In this document: in pieces, positions 1 through 9,766 of the stretch
How positions within the stretch are numbered: the first letter of the stretch is position 1
Layout of the letters: each line of letters begins with the position of its first letter
Assembly (NCBI GenBank): GCA_030765235.1
Contig: JAVCCW010000029.1
Span: forward strand, 140,939-204,938
DNA: 64,000 nucleotides
DNA from: Candidatus Gorgyraea atricola
GTDB lineage: Bacteria; Omnitrophota; Gorgyraeia; Gorgyraeales; Gorgyraeaceae
Direction of reading: 5' to 3'
Position numbers and translations under genes: made by a program
The notes under the pieces: generated by a model
What the model was told of the DNA's origin: nothing
The model's input: the letters and a program-made list of their open reading frames with translations, nothing else
The model's database searches: none

Positions 1-9
1 CATGCCAAG

Positions 10-879
10 GTGAAATTGGGGCATGATTTGCATATTGAACCTAATGAGAATATTTTAAATGCATTGGCCGAATATAAGAAAATAATCAGAGATGAATTCA
101 AATCCACTTCTAAAATAGAATTATTTTTCAAGACAAAAAATATGAAAAAGACTGAAAAATTTAATATCTATCAAGCGCTCGCAAAGGTAATAAAGAAAGG
201 CGATGAAATAGAAATATTTCTAAAACCTTCAACTGATATCCCAGATTATGTAACACTATTTGTTATGAAAAACCTTATCAAAGTCTTTGAGTCAGAAGAT
301 TATGCTTTAGGTACTAGTGGCAAAGGCATCAAAGACAGCGCTTCTGAGTTAAAGCAGATGATCTGGTATTTTAAAAAATTTAATTTTAAATCCCAGCATG
401 AACTTTTATCAATTTTATCAATTCGAGAATTTGCAAAGGGGCTACTTGAAAAAGATTTACCAGAACTCAAGAAGGCATATGTAGAATATTTCGAACATTA
501 TTCTAATAATACTAAGGATGTAAAAACTAAGGAGGAGGATTTTAGGATTAAATATAGGATTGCTCGTGAGAAAATTCTAAGCTTTTTCGGAAATCATAAA
601 TTTAATATAGATAATGATGCTGAGTGTTACTTGAATGAGAGCCTTAAATTTCCACTTCATGTCATAGGTTTATATTTAGCAAATTTGCCGCGTAAGTGGG
701 GATTTAAAAAAAATAGATTAACAAAATCAATAAAAGAAAAGTTTGAAGATATAAAGGAAGGAATCAAGGAGTTTGAAATAAATCTTTCTATTCTATCTAC
801 CATAGAAAATATCCCAGTCGGACTAGATAATTATAAAGACTTTCTTGCGCATTGTAGATCTGCGCAAGTAAACATGTAA
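10..879 (+). CDS. Hypothetical protein, AT-rich, probably 5'-truncated by the window edge
   Basis: Frame is open from position 1 (cat gcc aag gtg); AT-rich; no recognisable motif. Confidence 0.65.
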   Translation: MKLGHDLHIEPNENILNALAEYKKIIRDEFKSTSKIELFFKTKNMKKTEKFNIYQALAKVIKKGDEIEIFLKPSTDIPDYVTLFVMKNLIKVFESEDYALGTSGKGIKDSASELKQMIWYFKKFNFKSQHELLSILSIREFAKGLLEKDLPELKKAYVEYFEHYSNNTKDVKTKEEDFRIKYRIAREKILSFFGNHKFNIDNDAECYLNESLKFPLHVIGLYLANLPRKWGFKKNRLTKSIKEKFEDIKEGIKEFEINLSILSTIENIPVGLDNYKDFLAHCRSAQVNM

Positions 880-913
880 CAAGCCCTCCTAAAAAAATCT
901 AAAAAAAATTGAA

Positions 914-1121
914 CCCCATTCCAAATTCTGAGTGATGCGCGATTTATTTTTTGGAACTACTTGCGTGCAATTCTAATGGATTACTTGGTGATCTTTAAGA
1001 ATTTGGAACGGGGCACGCCCCATTCCAAATTCTGAGTGATGCGCGATTTATTTTTTGGAACTACTTGCGTGCAATTCTAATGGATTACTTGGTGATCTTT
1101 AAGAATTTGGAACGGGGCACG
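914..1121. mobile_element. Two exact tandem copies (104-bp period) of a 100-bp MITE-like element with 16-bp terminal inverted repeats
   Basis: CCCCATTCCAAATTCT...AGAATTTGGAACGGGG at 914-1013 and 1018-1117; a diverged copy lies at 15082-15181. Confidence 0.75.
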
Positions 1122-1141
1122 CCCCACAGCCCTAAAAAAAA

Positions 1142-1171
1142 TTGAAAGAAAATAAGGCACTTGATGTGTCT
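1142..1171 (+). promoter_or_regulatory. TTGAAAGAA-N14-TGTGTCT motif (putative alternative-sigma promoter), copy 1
   Basis: Same boxes and spacing at 1793-1822 and 16209-16238. Confidence 0.5.
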
Positions 1172-1280
1172 TATATGTATGAGGGCACGGATTATGTGTA
1201 TTGGTCAAAGTATACTTTTTCTTACTTTTACTTTACAAAGCATACCTTTCATGGTATACTCATATTGGAGGTGGTAAACT

Positions 1281-1505
1281 ATGAAGGGTGTATTTTCAAT
1301 AAAAATCGAGAAGTCTCTGATTCACATGATCAAAGATTTTTGTCATTCTCACGGACTTAAACAAGGTTTTTTCGTAGAAAAGGCCCTGCGGGAGCAGCTT
1401 CAGCGCGAGGAGATGATAGAGGACATGATCGATTTTAAAAAGCTGCGTCTTGATGAGAAGTCCGCAATAGATTTCGATGACTATCTCAAGAAGCGAAAGG
1501 CATGA
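1281..1505 (+). CDS. Putative antitoxin (RHH/CopG-like) of a RelBE-type pair
   Basis: 74 aa; GGAGG RBS; beta-helix-helix N-terminus; ATGA overlap with the RelE-like toxin. Confidence 0.7.
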   Translation: MKGVFSIKIEKSLIHMIKDFCHSHGLKQGFFVEKALREQLQREEMIEDMIDFKKLRLDEKSAIDFDDYLKKRKA

Positions 1506-1756
1506 AATATAAATTAAAGATTATCCCTAAGGCTCAAAAAGACCTTGATGATATGATAGGTAAAGATTTTGATTTTATCAAAAGAAGGATCCTATTCTTA
1601 TCAGATAATCCCAGACCTTTTGGATCTAAGAAACTCACAAATGAACAAGGCTATAGAGTCAGAGTGGGAAATTTCAGAATATTATATCGTATCAATGACT
1701 CCTTAAAAGAGGTTATCATCTACAGAGTAAAGCATAGAAAAGACGTTTATCGTTAG
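1502..1756 (+). CDS. Type II toxin, RelE/ParE family
   Basis: NPRPFGSKKL, YRVRVGNFRILYRI, VKHRKDVYR. Confidence 0.9.
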   Translation: MKYKLKIIPKAQKDLDDMIGKDFDFIKRRILFLSDNPRPFGSKKLTNEQGYRVRVGNFRILYRINDSLKEVIIYRVKHRKDVYR

Positions 1757-1792
1757 TCATCTTTCAAGCCCCCCTAAAAAAATCTAAAATAT

Positions 1793-1822
1793 TTGAAAGA
1801 AAGTGGGGTAGTTAATGTGTCT
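1793..1822 (+). promoter_or_regulatory. TTGAAAGAA-N14-TGTGTCT motif, copy 2, followed by an orphan AAGGAG
   Basis: Direct sequence match to the other two copies. Confidence 0.5.
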
Positions 1823-1846
1823 TATATATAAGGAGAGGAACCCCTA

Positions 1847-1875
1847 TTGACATTACGTACGTAATATGGTACGCT
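1847..1875 (+). promoter_or_regulatory. yefM-yoeB promoter/operator
   Basis: TTGACA at 1847-1852 overlapping the perfect palindrome ATTACGTACGTAAT (1852-1865). Confidence 0.6.
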
Positions 1876-1901
1876 TTAAGTAGAGGGGGGGGGTGATTGA
1901 T

Positions 1902-2144
1902 ATGACGACGCTTACTGCTAGTGAAGCTAGGGCTAATCTGTATAAACTGCTGGATAAATCAGCTGAGTCGCATGAGCCTATTCAGATATCAGGTAAAAGG
2001 CATAATGCTATCCTTATATCAGAAGAGGATTGGCGAGCGATTCAGGAGACCCTGTATCTTCTCTCGATACCGGGCATGAGGGAGTCTGTTCGCAAGGGAC
2101 TGAAGACTCCTATTAAGAAGTGCAGCAAAAAATTAAAATGGTAG
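1902..2144 (+). CDS. yefM: Phd/YefM family antitoxin
   Basis: TASEARANLYKLLD, LISEEDWRAIQETLYLLSIPGM. Confidence 0.9.
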   Translation: MTTLTASEARANLYKLLDKSAESHEPIQISGKRHNAILISEEDWRAIQETLYLLSIPGMRESVRKGLKTPIKKCSKKLKW

Positions 2145-2404
2145 AGTGGAAACTTGTTTATATAAAACAGGCTCAGAAAGATGCCAAGAAACTTTCTAAG
2201 GCAGGCCTGCGGCCAAAGGCCGAGGCTGTACTCGAGATCCTAAAACATAATCCATTCCAGACCCATCCTCCTTTTGAAAAATTAGTAGGTGATTTAAAAG
2301 GCGCTTATTCCCGCAGGATAAACATTCACCATCGCATTATTTATCAGGTGATAAAGCGATACAAAGTAGTGAAGGTCATTCGCATGTGGACTCATTATGA
2401 ATGA
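2138..2404 (+). CDS. yoeB: Txe/YoeB family toxin
   Basis: PFEKLVGDLKGAYSRRINIHHRIIY, MWTHYE. Confidence 0.92.
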   Translation: MVEWKLVYIKQAQKDAKKLSKAGLRPKAEAVLEILKHNPFQTHPPFEKLVGDLKGAYSRRINIHHRIIYQVIKRYKVVKVIRMWTHYE

Positions 2405-3497
2405 TGCAGAAAGATTCCTTATCCTTAACATGATCGAGGACTTGGGGAGTATTAGGACGCAGGCGCTCTTAGAGTGTTTTGGGTCGGCAGGGAAGATCTT
2501 TAAGGCTGGGCAAAAGGATCTTGAGGGAGTAGGGGGAATTGGCTCTAAGATCGCGCCTAAGATATGGCATGGTATAAGAGAAATAGATGTGTCTAATGAG
2601 TTGGAGCTAATCAAAAAGAACAATATAAAGATTATAACCCTATTAGACAAGGACTATCCTAAGAACCTTAAGAATATCTATGACCCGCCAGTGGTTCTAT
2701 ATGTGATGGGCGAGATCATTTCTGAGGATGATCTGGCAGTGGCGATAGTTGGGTCGCGGCGCGCATCTTTTTACGGCATGAAGACTGCTGAGAGGCTTGG
2801 ATTTGAGTTAGCCGCGAGAGGCGTTACAGTTGTCTCAGGCCTGGCAAGAGGTATTGATTCAAGTTCACATAAAGGCGCTTTAAAGGCAAAAGGCCGCACA
2901 CTCGCGATCCTGGGCTCAGGCCTTATAAATATATATCCTGAAGAGCATAGGATTCTCGCGGAAGAGATCTCAGAGAATGGCGCTGTGATCTCTGAATACC
3001 CAATGCTTACAATTCCTGACAAGGGCAATTTCCCAAAGAGGAACAGGATCATAAATGGCTTTTCCAAGGGAGTAGTCGTAGTAGAGGCAGCCGAGCGCAG
3101 CGGCGCGCTCATTACAGCTGATTGCGCGCTGCAGGAAGGCAGGGAGGTCTTTGCTGTCCCTGGCAAAGTAGACTCAAATACCTCAAAAGGTACTAATAAA
3201 CTGATCAAACAAGGCGCAAAACTCGCTGAAACCGTAGAGGATATACTCGAGGAATTGAACCTATCCGACCGCGTAGGTCGAATAGGTATATATAATAATA
3301 AAGAATATTTATCTCCTAGATTGGACAAATGCGAGAGTTTGGTGTATAATCTTTTAACCAGCGAACCTCAGCATATAGATGAGCTATCTTGCGCGCTCAA
3401 GCTGAGAGTGAGCGAGATATCGAGTATTTTATTGAATCTCGAGATAAAGAAGTTCGCAAGACAGCTACCAGGAAAGAATTTTGTAAAGGAGAATTAA
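2397..3497 (+). CDS. dprA: DNA-protecting protein DprA
   Basis: YPKNLKNIYDPP, AIVGSR, VSGLARGID, FPKRNRII, GREVFAVPG. Confidence 0.96.
   Translation: MNDAERFLILNMIEDLGSIRTQALLECFGSAGKIFKAGQKDLEGVGGIGSKIAPKIWHGIREIDVSNELELIKKNNIKIITLLDKDYPKNLKNIYDPPVVLYVMGEIISEDDLAVAIVGSRRASFYGMKTAERLGFELAARGVTVVSGLARGIDSSSHKGALKAKGRTLAILGSGLINIYPEEHRILAEEISENGAVISEYPMLTIPDKGNFPKRNRIINGFSKGVVVVEAAERSGALITADCALQEGREVFAVPGKVDSNTSKGTNKLIKQGAKLAETVEDILEELNLSDRVGRIGIYNNKEYLSPRLDKCESLVYNLLTSEPQHIDELSCALKLRVSEISSILLNLEIKKFARQLPGKNFVKEN
3322..3350 (+). promoter_or_regulatory. Putative sigma70 promoter inside dprA, driving topA
   Basis: TGGACA-17bp-TATAAT. Confidence 0.45.
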
Positions 3498-5477
3498 ATG
3501 CCTAAATCACTTGTAATAGTTGAATCACCTGCCAAGGCAAATACTATAAATAAGATACTGGGCAAGGACTATGTAGTGCGTTCTTCAATGGGCCACATCG
3601 TAGATCTGCCAAGCTCTAAGATGGGCATAGACGTGGAGGATGATTTCAAGGCCCAGTATGTCACGATACCCAGGAAGAAAAAGCAGGCCGCTGCCTTAAA
3701 AAAGGAAGCAAAGGGCATGGAAAAGATATTTCTCGCAACTGATCCTGATAGAGAGGGCGAGGCCATAAGCTGGCATCTTTGTAATCTCTTTGGGAAGAAG
3801 AAAAATATATACAGGATAGCGTTTCACGAGATCACAAAGGACGCGATTAAAGAAGCGTTCAAGCATCCTGGGAAGATCGACATTGATAAGGTTAACGCGC
3901 AGCAGGCAAGAAGGATGTTAGACAGACTTGTTGGGTATAGCATCAGTCCGCTTCTCTGGAGAAAGGTCGGAAGAGGGCTTTCAGCAGGAAGGGTGCAGTC
4001 AGTGGCTGTAAGGATGATCGTTGAAAGAGAGAATGAGATAAGGGCTTTTGTGTCGCAGGAATATTGGGACGTGGAGGCAGAGCTGGAAAAATCAAAGGTG
4101 CCAGATTCGAAATTCACTGCAAAGCTCGATAAGGTAGATGGAAAAAAGATAAAACTTTCAAAACAGCCTGAAGCAGAAAAGATAGTCGCTGATTTAAAGA
4201 AAGAGGATTTTGTTGTCTCAGATGTGCAGAAAAAGCAGAAGAAAAAATACGCGCAGCCGCCTTTTACCACATCAAAGCTCCAGCAGGACGCGTTTTACAA
4301 ATTACGTTTTCCCGCGTCAAAGACCATGAGTATCGCGCAGCAGCTGTATGAAGGCCTGAATATAGGCGAGGAAGCCAATGAGGGCCTTATCACATATATG
4401 CGAACTGATGCTGTGAGGCTATCAAAGGATTCCACAGAGGCTGCAAAGAGTTATATAACTAAAAAATACGGCAAGGACTATATACCTGCCACGCCTAATA
4501 AATTTAAATCAAAGAAGGGCGCGCAAGAGGCGCACGAGGCCATAAGGCCGACATTGCCATTACGCGAACCAGAGAGCGTAAAGAGTTACTTGAGCCAGGA
4601 TCAGTACAAGCTTTATACGCTTATATGGAATCGTTTTGTATCCAGCCAGATGTCTCCCGCGGTATTTTCAGTGATGAGCGTGGAGATAAAAGCAGGCCGA
4701 TGTATCTTTAAAGCACAGGGATCGCAGAAGATCTTTTCTGGTTTTAGCGTTGTCTATGAAGTGGCAGAGGAAAAAGAAAACAATAATAAGGGAGAAAAGA
4801 TCCTACCAGCTTTAGAGGCCAATGAAAAACTCGTTCTTATAAAACTAGACCCCAGCCAGCATTTTACAAAACCTCCAGCGAGATTTTCAGACGCGTCCCT
4901 GGTAAAGGCTCTGGAAGATCACGGCATAGGAAGACCAAGCACTTACGCGCCTATTCTTTATACAGTGGTTGCCAGGAATTATGTAAAACGGAAAGAGGGG
5001 TATTTTCATCCATCTGAATTAGGTATGGTAGTGACTGATCTTTTAATGAAGAATTTTGCGGATATCCTGGATTATAAATTTACAGCAAAGATGGAAGAAG
5101 AGCTGGATGAGATCGAGGAAGGCAAGAAGCAGAAATTAGAGATCATGAAGGCTTTTTACGGGCCTTTTGAGAAAGATCTTGCGTATGCGAAGGTAAACAT
5201 GAGAAAGGTCAAGGGTGAATCTGTTCCCACTTCTGAGATCTGTGAAAAATGCGGAAAGCCAATGGTAATAAAATGGGGCAGGCTTGGCAGGTTCCTCAGC
5301 TGTTCTGATTTTCCAAACTGTAGATTCGCAAGGCCGATCCCGACAAGCGTGACTTGCCCGGAATCAGGCTGCGGCGGCAGGCTTATTGAAAGGCGTTCTA
5401 AGCGTGGCCGGCATTTCTATGGCTGCTCAAACTATCCAAAGTGCAGATTTATGACGCGCAGGCTGCCCTCACCCTAA
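3498..5477 (+). CDS. topA: DNA topoisomerase I
   Basis: VIVESPAK, ATDPDREGE, SAGRVQS, ITYMRTD, GIGRPSTY, two C-terminal zinc ribbons. Confidence 0.97.
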   Translation: MPKSLVIVESPAKANTINKILGKDYVVRSSMGHIVDLPSSKMGIDVEDDFKAQYVTIPRKKKQAAALKKEAKGMEKIFLATDPDREGEAISWHLCNLFGKKKNIYRIAFHEITKDAIKEAFKHPGKIDIDKVNAQQARRMLDRLVGYSISPLLWRKVGRGLSAGRVQSVAVRMIVERENEIRAFVSQEYWDVEAELEKSKVPDSKFTAKLDKVDGKKIKLSKQPEAEKIVADLKKEDFVVSDVQKKQKKKYAQPPFTTSKLQQDAFYKLRFPASKTMSIAQQLYEGLNIGEEANEGLITYMRTDAVRLSKDSTEAAKSYITKKYGKDYIPATPNKFKSKKGAQEAHEAIRPTLPLREPESVKSYLSQDQYKLYTLIWNRFVSSQMSPAVFSVMSVEIKAGRCIFKAQGSQKIFSGFSVVYEVAEEKENNNKGEKILPALEANEKLVLIKLDPSQHFTKPPARFSDASLVKALEDHGIGRPSTYAPILYTVVARNYVKRKEGYFHPSELGMVVTDLLMKNFADILDYKFTAKMEEELDEIEEGKKQKLEIMKAFYGPFEKDLAYAKVNMRKVKGESVPTSEICEKCGKPMVIKWGRLGRFLSCSDFPNCRFARPIPTSVTCPESGCGGRLIERRSKRGRHFYGCSNYPKCRFMTRRLPSP

Positions 5478-5478
5478 T

Positions 5479-5526
5479 CCTTTCCCACTGTAGCCCAGGT
5501 TTAAACCTGGGCTACAGTGGGAAAGG
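5479..5526. repeat. 48-bp perfect palindrome with GTAG-REP core (GTAGCCCAGGTTTAAACCTGGGCTAC)
   Basis: Arms read directly; core recurs at 16248, 33203, 35924, 57282. Confidence 0.85.
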
Positions 5527-5539
5527 GAATAAAGTTTAT

Positions 5540-6415
5540 ATGCTAGAGCGGTATATCCAGAAGTTCATGACCTATCTAAGGATCGAGAAGAATGCCTCGC
5601 AGCATACCATTACGAACTATCAGATAGACCTCAAGGAGTTTGACGGATCGATCAAGGAAAAAGCGCTGGAGAAGATCTCACATGTGGATGTAAGGCTTTT
5701 TCTGGCGCGCATGAAGGAGAAGAGTTTTTCAAAAAGGTCTGTTGCCAGGAAGATGGCGTGCTTGAGGAGTTTTTTTAGATTCCTATGCAGGGAGGGATAT
5801 ATCAAGGCAAATCCTGCCACAGGTCTTCAGACGCCAAAGCTGGAAAAAAGGCTCCCGATTTTTTTAGATATAGACCAGGTGGTAATGCTTATTGAGTCGC
5901 CTGATACCTCTGATGTGTATGGAGTAAGGGACAGGGCGATACTCGAGACACTTTACTCTAGCGGAATACGCGTGAGCGAACTCGTAAGCCTTAATAGAGA
6001 CAGGGTGGATTTTATAAGTGGTGTTCTAAAAGTATATGGCAAGGGTAAGAAAGAGCGACTCGCGCCAGTGGGTGACAGGGCATTGAGGGCAATGCGGAAT
6101 TATCTGGAGAAGCTTGGCAGTTCGAGCATAAAGGATAAAAAAGCGGTCTTTGTCAATAAGAGCGGACGCCGCATGAGCGACAGGGCAGTGAGGCGCGTGA
6201 TAGATAAATATATACGAAAAACAAGTCTTAGCGAAAAGATATCACCGCATTCTCTGAGACATTCTTTCGCGACGCATCTTTTGGACAGGGGCGCGGATCT
6301 GAGGTCTGTACAGGAGCTTTTAGGGCACGCGAATCTGTCTACGACGCAGATCTATACGCACGTTACAACAGAGCGTTTAAAGTCGATCTATGACAAGGTG
6401 CACCCGCGCGCGTAA
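5540..6415 (+). CDS. xerC: Tyrosine recombinase XerC
   Basis: RDRAILETLYSSGIRVSEL, HSLRHSFATHLL, LGHANLSTTQIYTHV; dprA-topA-xerC synteny; ATG 5540 preferred to the longer ORF that runs through the palindrome. Confidence 0.92.
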   Translation: MLERYIQKFMTYLRIEKNASQHTITNYQIDLKEFDGSIKEKALEKISHVDVRLFLARMKEKSFSKRSVARKMACLRSFFRFLCREGYIKANPATGLQTPKLEKRLPIFLDIDQVVMLIESPDTSDVYGVRDRAILETLYSSGIRVSELVSLNRDRVDFISGVLKVYGKGKKERLAPVGDRALRAMRNYLEKLGSSSIKDKKAVFVNKSGRRMSDRAVRRVIDKYIRKTSLSEKISPHSLRHSFATHLLDRGADLRSVQELLGHANLSTTQIYTHVTTERLKSIYDKVHPRA

Positions 6416-6437
6416 ATTGTGTAAGGTGTAATGTGTA

Positions 6438-7046
6438 ATGAAAAAGGCAGTGATACTACTTTCAGGTGGAATGGATTCAGCAGTTACGCTTTTTCTTGCG
6501 AGAAAAAGAGGATACAAGGTCTACTGTCTTATTTTTGATTATGGACAGAGGCATAAAAAAGAGATAGGCTTTGCTAAAAGATTAGCAAAGTCAGATTATT
6601 TTGTATTAAAAATTAAGCTACCCTGGAAGAATAGCGCGCTATTAGACAGGAAAATCAAAGTCCCTGAGAATAGAAAGTCTTCGGGCGTGCCTGTTACATA
6701 TGTCGCTGCCAGGAATACGGTCTTTATTAGTTTTGCGCTCTCATTCGCAGAGGCAATAGGCGCAAAGGCCATTTTTATTGGCGCAAATGCAAGGGATTTT
6801 TCAGGTTACCCTGACTGTAGACCCCTGTATTTTAAGAAATTCAATGAGCTGGTAAAGAAGGCGACAAGGTCCAGGGGAATAAAAATAGAAACACCGCTTC
6901 TTTACAAGACAAAGAAGGAGATAGTCTCTATTGGGAAAAAACTCGGCGTACCTTTTGAACTTACATGGTCATGCTACAAGGGCGATAGAAAACCGTGCCT
7001 CAGGTGCGATGCCTGCAGGCTAAGAGCAAAGGGGTTTAAATTATGA
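6438..7046 (+). CDS. queC: 7-cyano-7-deazaguanine synthase
   Basis: LLSGGMDS, DYGQRH, YPDCR, TWSCY...CLRCDAC. Confidence 0.95.
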   Translation: MKKAVILLSGGMDSAVTLFLARKRGYKVYCLIFDYGQRHKKEIGFAKRLAKSDYFVLKIKLPWKNSALLDRKIKVPENRKSSGVPVTYVAARNTVFISFALSFAEAIGAKAIFIGANARDFSGYPDCRPLYFKKFNELVKKATRSRGIKIETPLLYKTKKEIVSIGKKLGVPFELTWSCYKGDRKPCLRCDACRLRAKGFKL

Positions 7047-7720
7047 GTAAAGCCAGGATCATAGAGATGTTTACTTCTATCCAGGGCGAAGGGCTTTATG
7101 TGGGAGAGAGACAGCTCTTTATCAGGTTCCATGGATGCAATATCTCCTGCAGGTTCTGTGATGAGAAAAAAAGGAAGAAAGACGAATTTTCAGAATACGA
7201 GGCCTCTGAACTCATAAAGGAGATCGTGATATCCGGCAAGAGAAATATCTCTCTTACAGGTGGCGAGCCGCTGTTACACGCGGATTTCTTAAGAGAAGTG
7301 CTCCCAGCTTTGAAAAAGGAGAACCGAAGGATATACCTTGAGACAAATGGTATATTGACAGCCGAGCTTTTAAAGATATTGAAGTATGTGGATATAATAA
7401 GCATGGATTTCAAGCTTCCTTCCTCAACCGGCCTAAGGCCATACTGGGATGAACATTCTATTTTCCTAAAAGAAGCGGCTAAGAAAGAGGTGTTTGTGAA
7501 ATCGGTGATTATTTCTCAGACACTTTTATCAGATATCAATACAGCCGCGTCTATAGTCGAGAAAGTAGATAAGAATATAACCTTTATACTTCAGCCAGCA
7601 AGCAGCAATGGTGGCTTGGAAAAGATAGATCTATTACCGATTTTCTTTGAAAGCGCGAGGGAGAGACTGTCTAATGTCAGAATAATACCGCAGATGCATA
7701 AATTTTTAGGAGTAAAGTGA
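7043..7720 (+). CDS. queE: 7-carboxy-7-deazaguanine synthase (radical SAM)
   Basis: SIQGEG, CNISCRFC, TGGEP, LETNG, IPQMHK. Confidence 0.9.
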   Translation: MSKARIIEMFTSIQGEGLYVGERQLFIRFHGCNISCRFCDEKKRKKDEFSEYEASELIKEIVISGKRNISLTGGEPLLHADFLREVLPALKKENRRIYLETNGILTAELLKILKYVDIISMDFKLPSSTGLRPYWDEHSIFLKEAAKKEVFVKSVIISQTLLSDINTAASIVEKVDKNITFILQPASSNGGLEKIDLLPIFFESARERLSNVRIIPQMHKFLGVK

Positions 7721-8529
7721 TGCGCACTGTAAATAGTGATCTCATAGTTAAGGCAGTCAAGGGGCTTTGCATAAAGGCAAACCTCGAGCTGCGGCCAGAT
7801 GTACTTTCTGCGCTTAGGCGCGCAAGAAAAAAAGAAACCAGCGCCAAGGCGAAGCGTATGCTGGATATAATTATATATAATGCCGCGATTGCTAAACGCA
7901 AACGCCTTCCTATATGTCAGGATACAGGCATGGTGGTCGTGTATCTGGAGATAGGCCAGGATGTGAGGATAAAAGGTGATGTTAATAAGGCTGTGGCAGA
8001 CGGCGTAAGAGGTGCATATAAAGACGGTTATTTCAGGAAGTCTATTGTAAGGGATCCATTGATGCGTACCAATACCAATACAAACCTGCCGCCAGTAATT
8101 CATGTAAAGCTCGTTTCTGGGAACAAGATAAGGATAGCCCTTGTAGTAAAGGGGTTTGGTTGTGAGAATGCCTCAAGGACCAGGATGTTCAGGCCCACTG
8201 ATCCCGGTTCTTCTATTGTGAATTTTGTAGCTAGCATCATTAAAGAGCTGGGTTCAAAGGCATGCCCTCCTATGTATATAGGTATTGGTATAGGAGGTAC
8301 GCTTGATAAAACAGTGTCTCTTTCCAAAGAGGCAATACTGCGGCCAATAGGCAAGCATAATAGAAAAGCGCACATTGCGAAACTAGAAAAAGAAATACTA
8401 AAGAGAGTCAATAAGAGGGGAATAGTGTTGGGTGTGAGTATCTTGACATACCCGACGCACATTGCAGGGCTGCCAGTTGCGGTAAATATTAGCTGTCATG
8501 CTACAAGGGATGCGAAGAAAGTAATTTAA
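7717..8529 (+). CDS. Fe-S hydro-lyase (fumarate/tartrate) alpha subunit
   Basis: PICQDTG, KGFGCEN, ACPP, PTHIAGLPVAVNISCHATR. Confidence 0.9.
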   Translation: MMRTVNSDLIVKAVKGLCIKANLELRPDVLSALRRARKKETSAKAKRMLDIIIYNAAIAKRKRLPICQDTGMVVVYLEIGQDVRIKGDVNKAVADGVRGAYKDGYFRKSIVRDPLMRTNTNTNLPPVIHVKLVSGNKIRIALVVKGFGCENASRTRMFRPTDPGSSIVNFVASIIKELGSKACPPMYIGIGIGGTLDKTVSLSKEAILRPIGKHNRKAHIAKLEKEILKRVNKRGIVLGVSILTYPTHIAGLPVAVNISCHATRDAKKVI

Positions 8530-8577
8530 GTTAGCTTTCAGCTGTCAACCTTCAGCTATCAGCTAAGATAATAAATT

Positions 8578-9063
8578 ATGAAAAAGATAAAGCTACCTTT
8601 AACAAAAGCTGTTATAAAAAAACTGAAGCCTGGGGAGTGGGTCTTGTTGAATGGACCTCTTCTGACTGCTCGTGACGCGGCGCATAAAAGAATGGTTGAG
8701 GCAAAGAGATCGCCTGTTTCAATTAAAGACGAGACCATCTATTATACTGGGCCTACGCCTGCGAGAAAAGGCCAGGTTATTGGTTCTTGCGGCCCGACTA
8801 CAAGCGCGAGGATGGATGTATTTACACCTGCATTGTTAAAGCAAGGCCTTCTTGGCATAATTGGAAAAGGCGAGAGGTCAAAAGATGTAGGCCGGGCAAT
8901 AAAAAAATCTGGCGCAGTATATTTTATTACAATTGGCGGTGCTGGCGCGTATTTATCTGAAAAAGTGTGTTCGAGCAAAGTCGTAGCATATAAAGATCTC
9001 GGTACAGAAGCGATCCGTAGGTTAATAGTAAAAGATTTCCCGGCAATAGTAGCTATTAAATAA
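8578..9063 (+). CDS. Fe-S hydro-lyase (fumarate/tartrate) beta subunit
   Basis: [29 protein letters not shown]. Confidence 0.9.
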   Translation: MKKIKLPLTKAVIKKLKPGEWVLLNGPLLTARDAAHKRMVEAKRSPVSIKDETIYYTGPTPARKGQVIGSCGPTTSARMDVFTPALLKQGLLGIIGKGERSKDVGRAIKKSGAVYFITIGGAGAYLSEKVCSSKVVAYKDLGTEAIRRLIVKDFPAIVAIK

Positions 9064-9073
9064 TGGAGGATGT

Positions 9074-9766
9074 ATGAGGAAGATAAAGATAAAGAAGAAC
9101 ACCATGAGATTTGCAGAAGGTTCATGCACTATAGAGGTCGGCAATACAAAGATTATCTGCACTGCGTCTGTGGAAAACAAGGTACCACCTTTTTTAAGAG
9201 GCAAAGGTACTGGCTGGGTAACAGCAGAGTATGGCATGCTTCCGCGCTCGTGTGGCACTAGGATACGAAGGGAGTCGTCAGCTGGTAAGCCCAGTGGCCG
9301 CACACAGGAGATACAGCGTCTTATTGGGAGGAGCTTGCGCTCAGTAGTCGATCTTAAAAAACTGGGCGAGAGGACTGTGTGGATTGATTGTGACGTGATA
9401 CAGGGCGATGGCGGTACGCGTACCGCGAGCATTACTGGAAGCTTTATCGCGCTTATAGAGGCGCTAGTTTTTTTAAAAAAGGAAAATATTATAAGTGAAA
9501 TCCCTGTGAATGATTATATCGCTGCAGTGAGCGTGGGAGTTGTCGACGGGAAATTATGCCTGGACTTGGACTATGAAAAGGATTCAAAGGCAGAAGTCGA
9601 CATGAATGTGGTTATGACAGGCGCTGGTAAGCTCGTTGAAGTGCAGGGTACAGCAGAGAAGAACCCGTTTTCCAAAAAAGAGCTGGATAAGATGATCTTG
9701 CTTGCGGAAAAAGGGATCAAAGAACTTATTGGTATTCAGCGAAATGTTTTAAAGATAGATCTGTGA
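9074..9766 (+). CDS. rph: Ribonuclease PH
   Basis: [37 protein letters not shown]. Confidence 0.96.
   Translation: MRKIKIKKNTMRFAEGSCTIEVGNTKIICTASVENKVPPFLRGKGTGWVTAEYGMLPRSCGTRIRRESSAGKPSGRTQEIQRLIGRSLRSVVDLKKLGERTVWIDCDVIQGDGGTRTASITGSFIALIEALVFLKKENIISEIPVNDYIAAVSVGVVDGKLCLDLDYEKDSKAEVDMNVVMTGAGKLVEVQGTAEKNPFSKKELDKMILLAEKGIKELIGIQRNVLKIDL

Noticed and set aside
914-1121. Possible CRISPR array
   Set aside because: Two identical 104-bp units with no unique spacers and no cas genes.
1142-1360. 72-aa ORF
   Set aside because: Runs through the promoter region and overlaps the antitoxin out of frame; no RBS or motif.
880-2404. Integron cassette array (attC sites) with xerC as integrase
   Set aside because: No convincing RYYYAAC/GTTRRRY attC cores; the recombinase lacks the IntI insertion and sits in the standard dprA-topA-xerC context.
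5441-5539. N-terminal extension of XerC
   Set aside because: It only translates the topA end and the palindrome; ATG 5540 gives the normal length.
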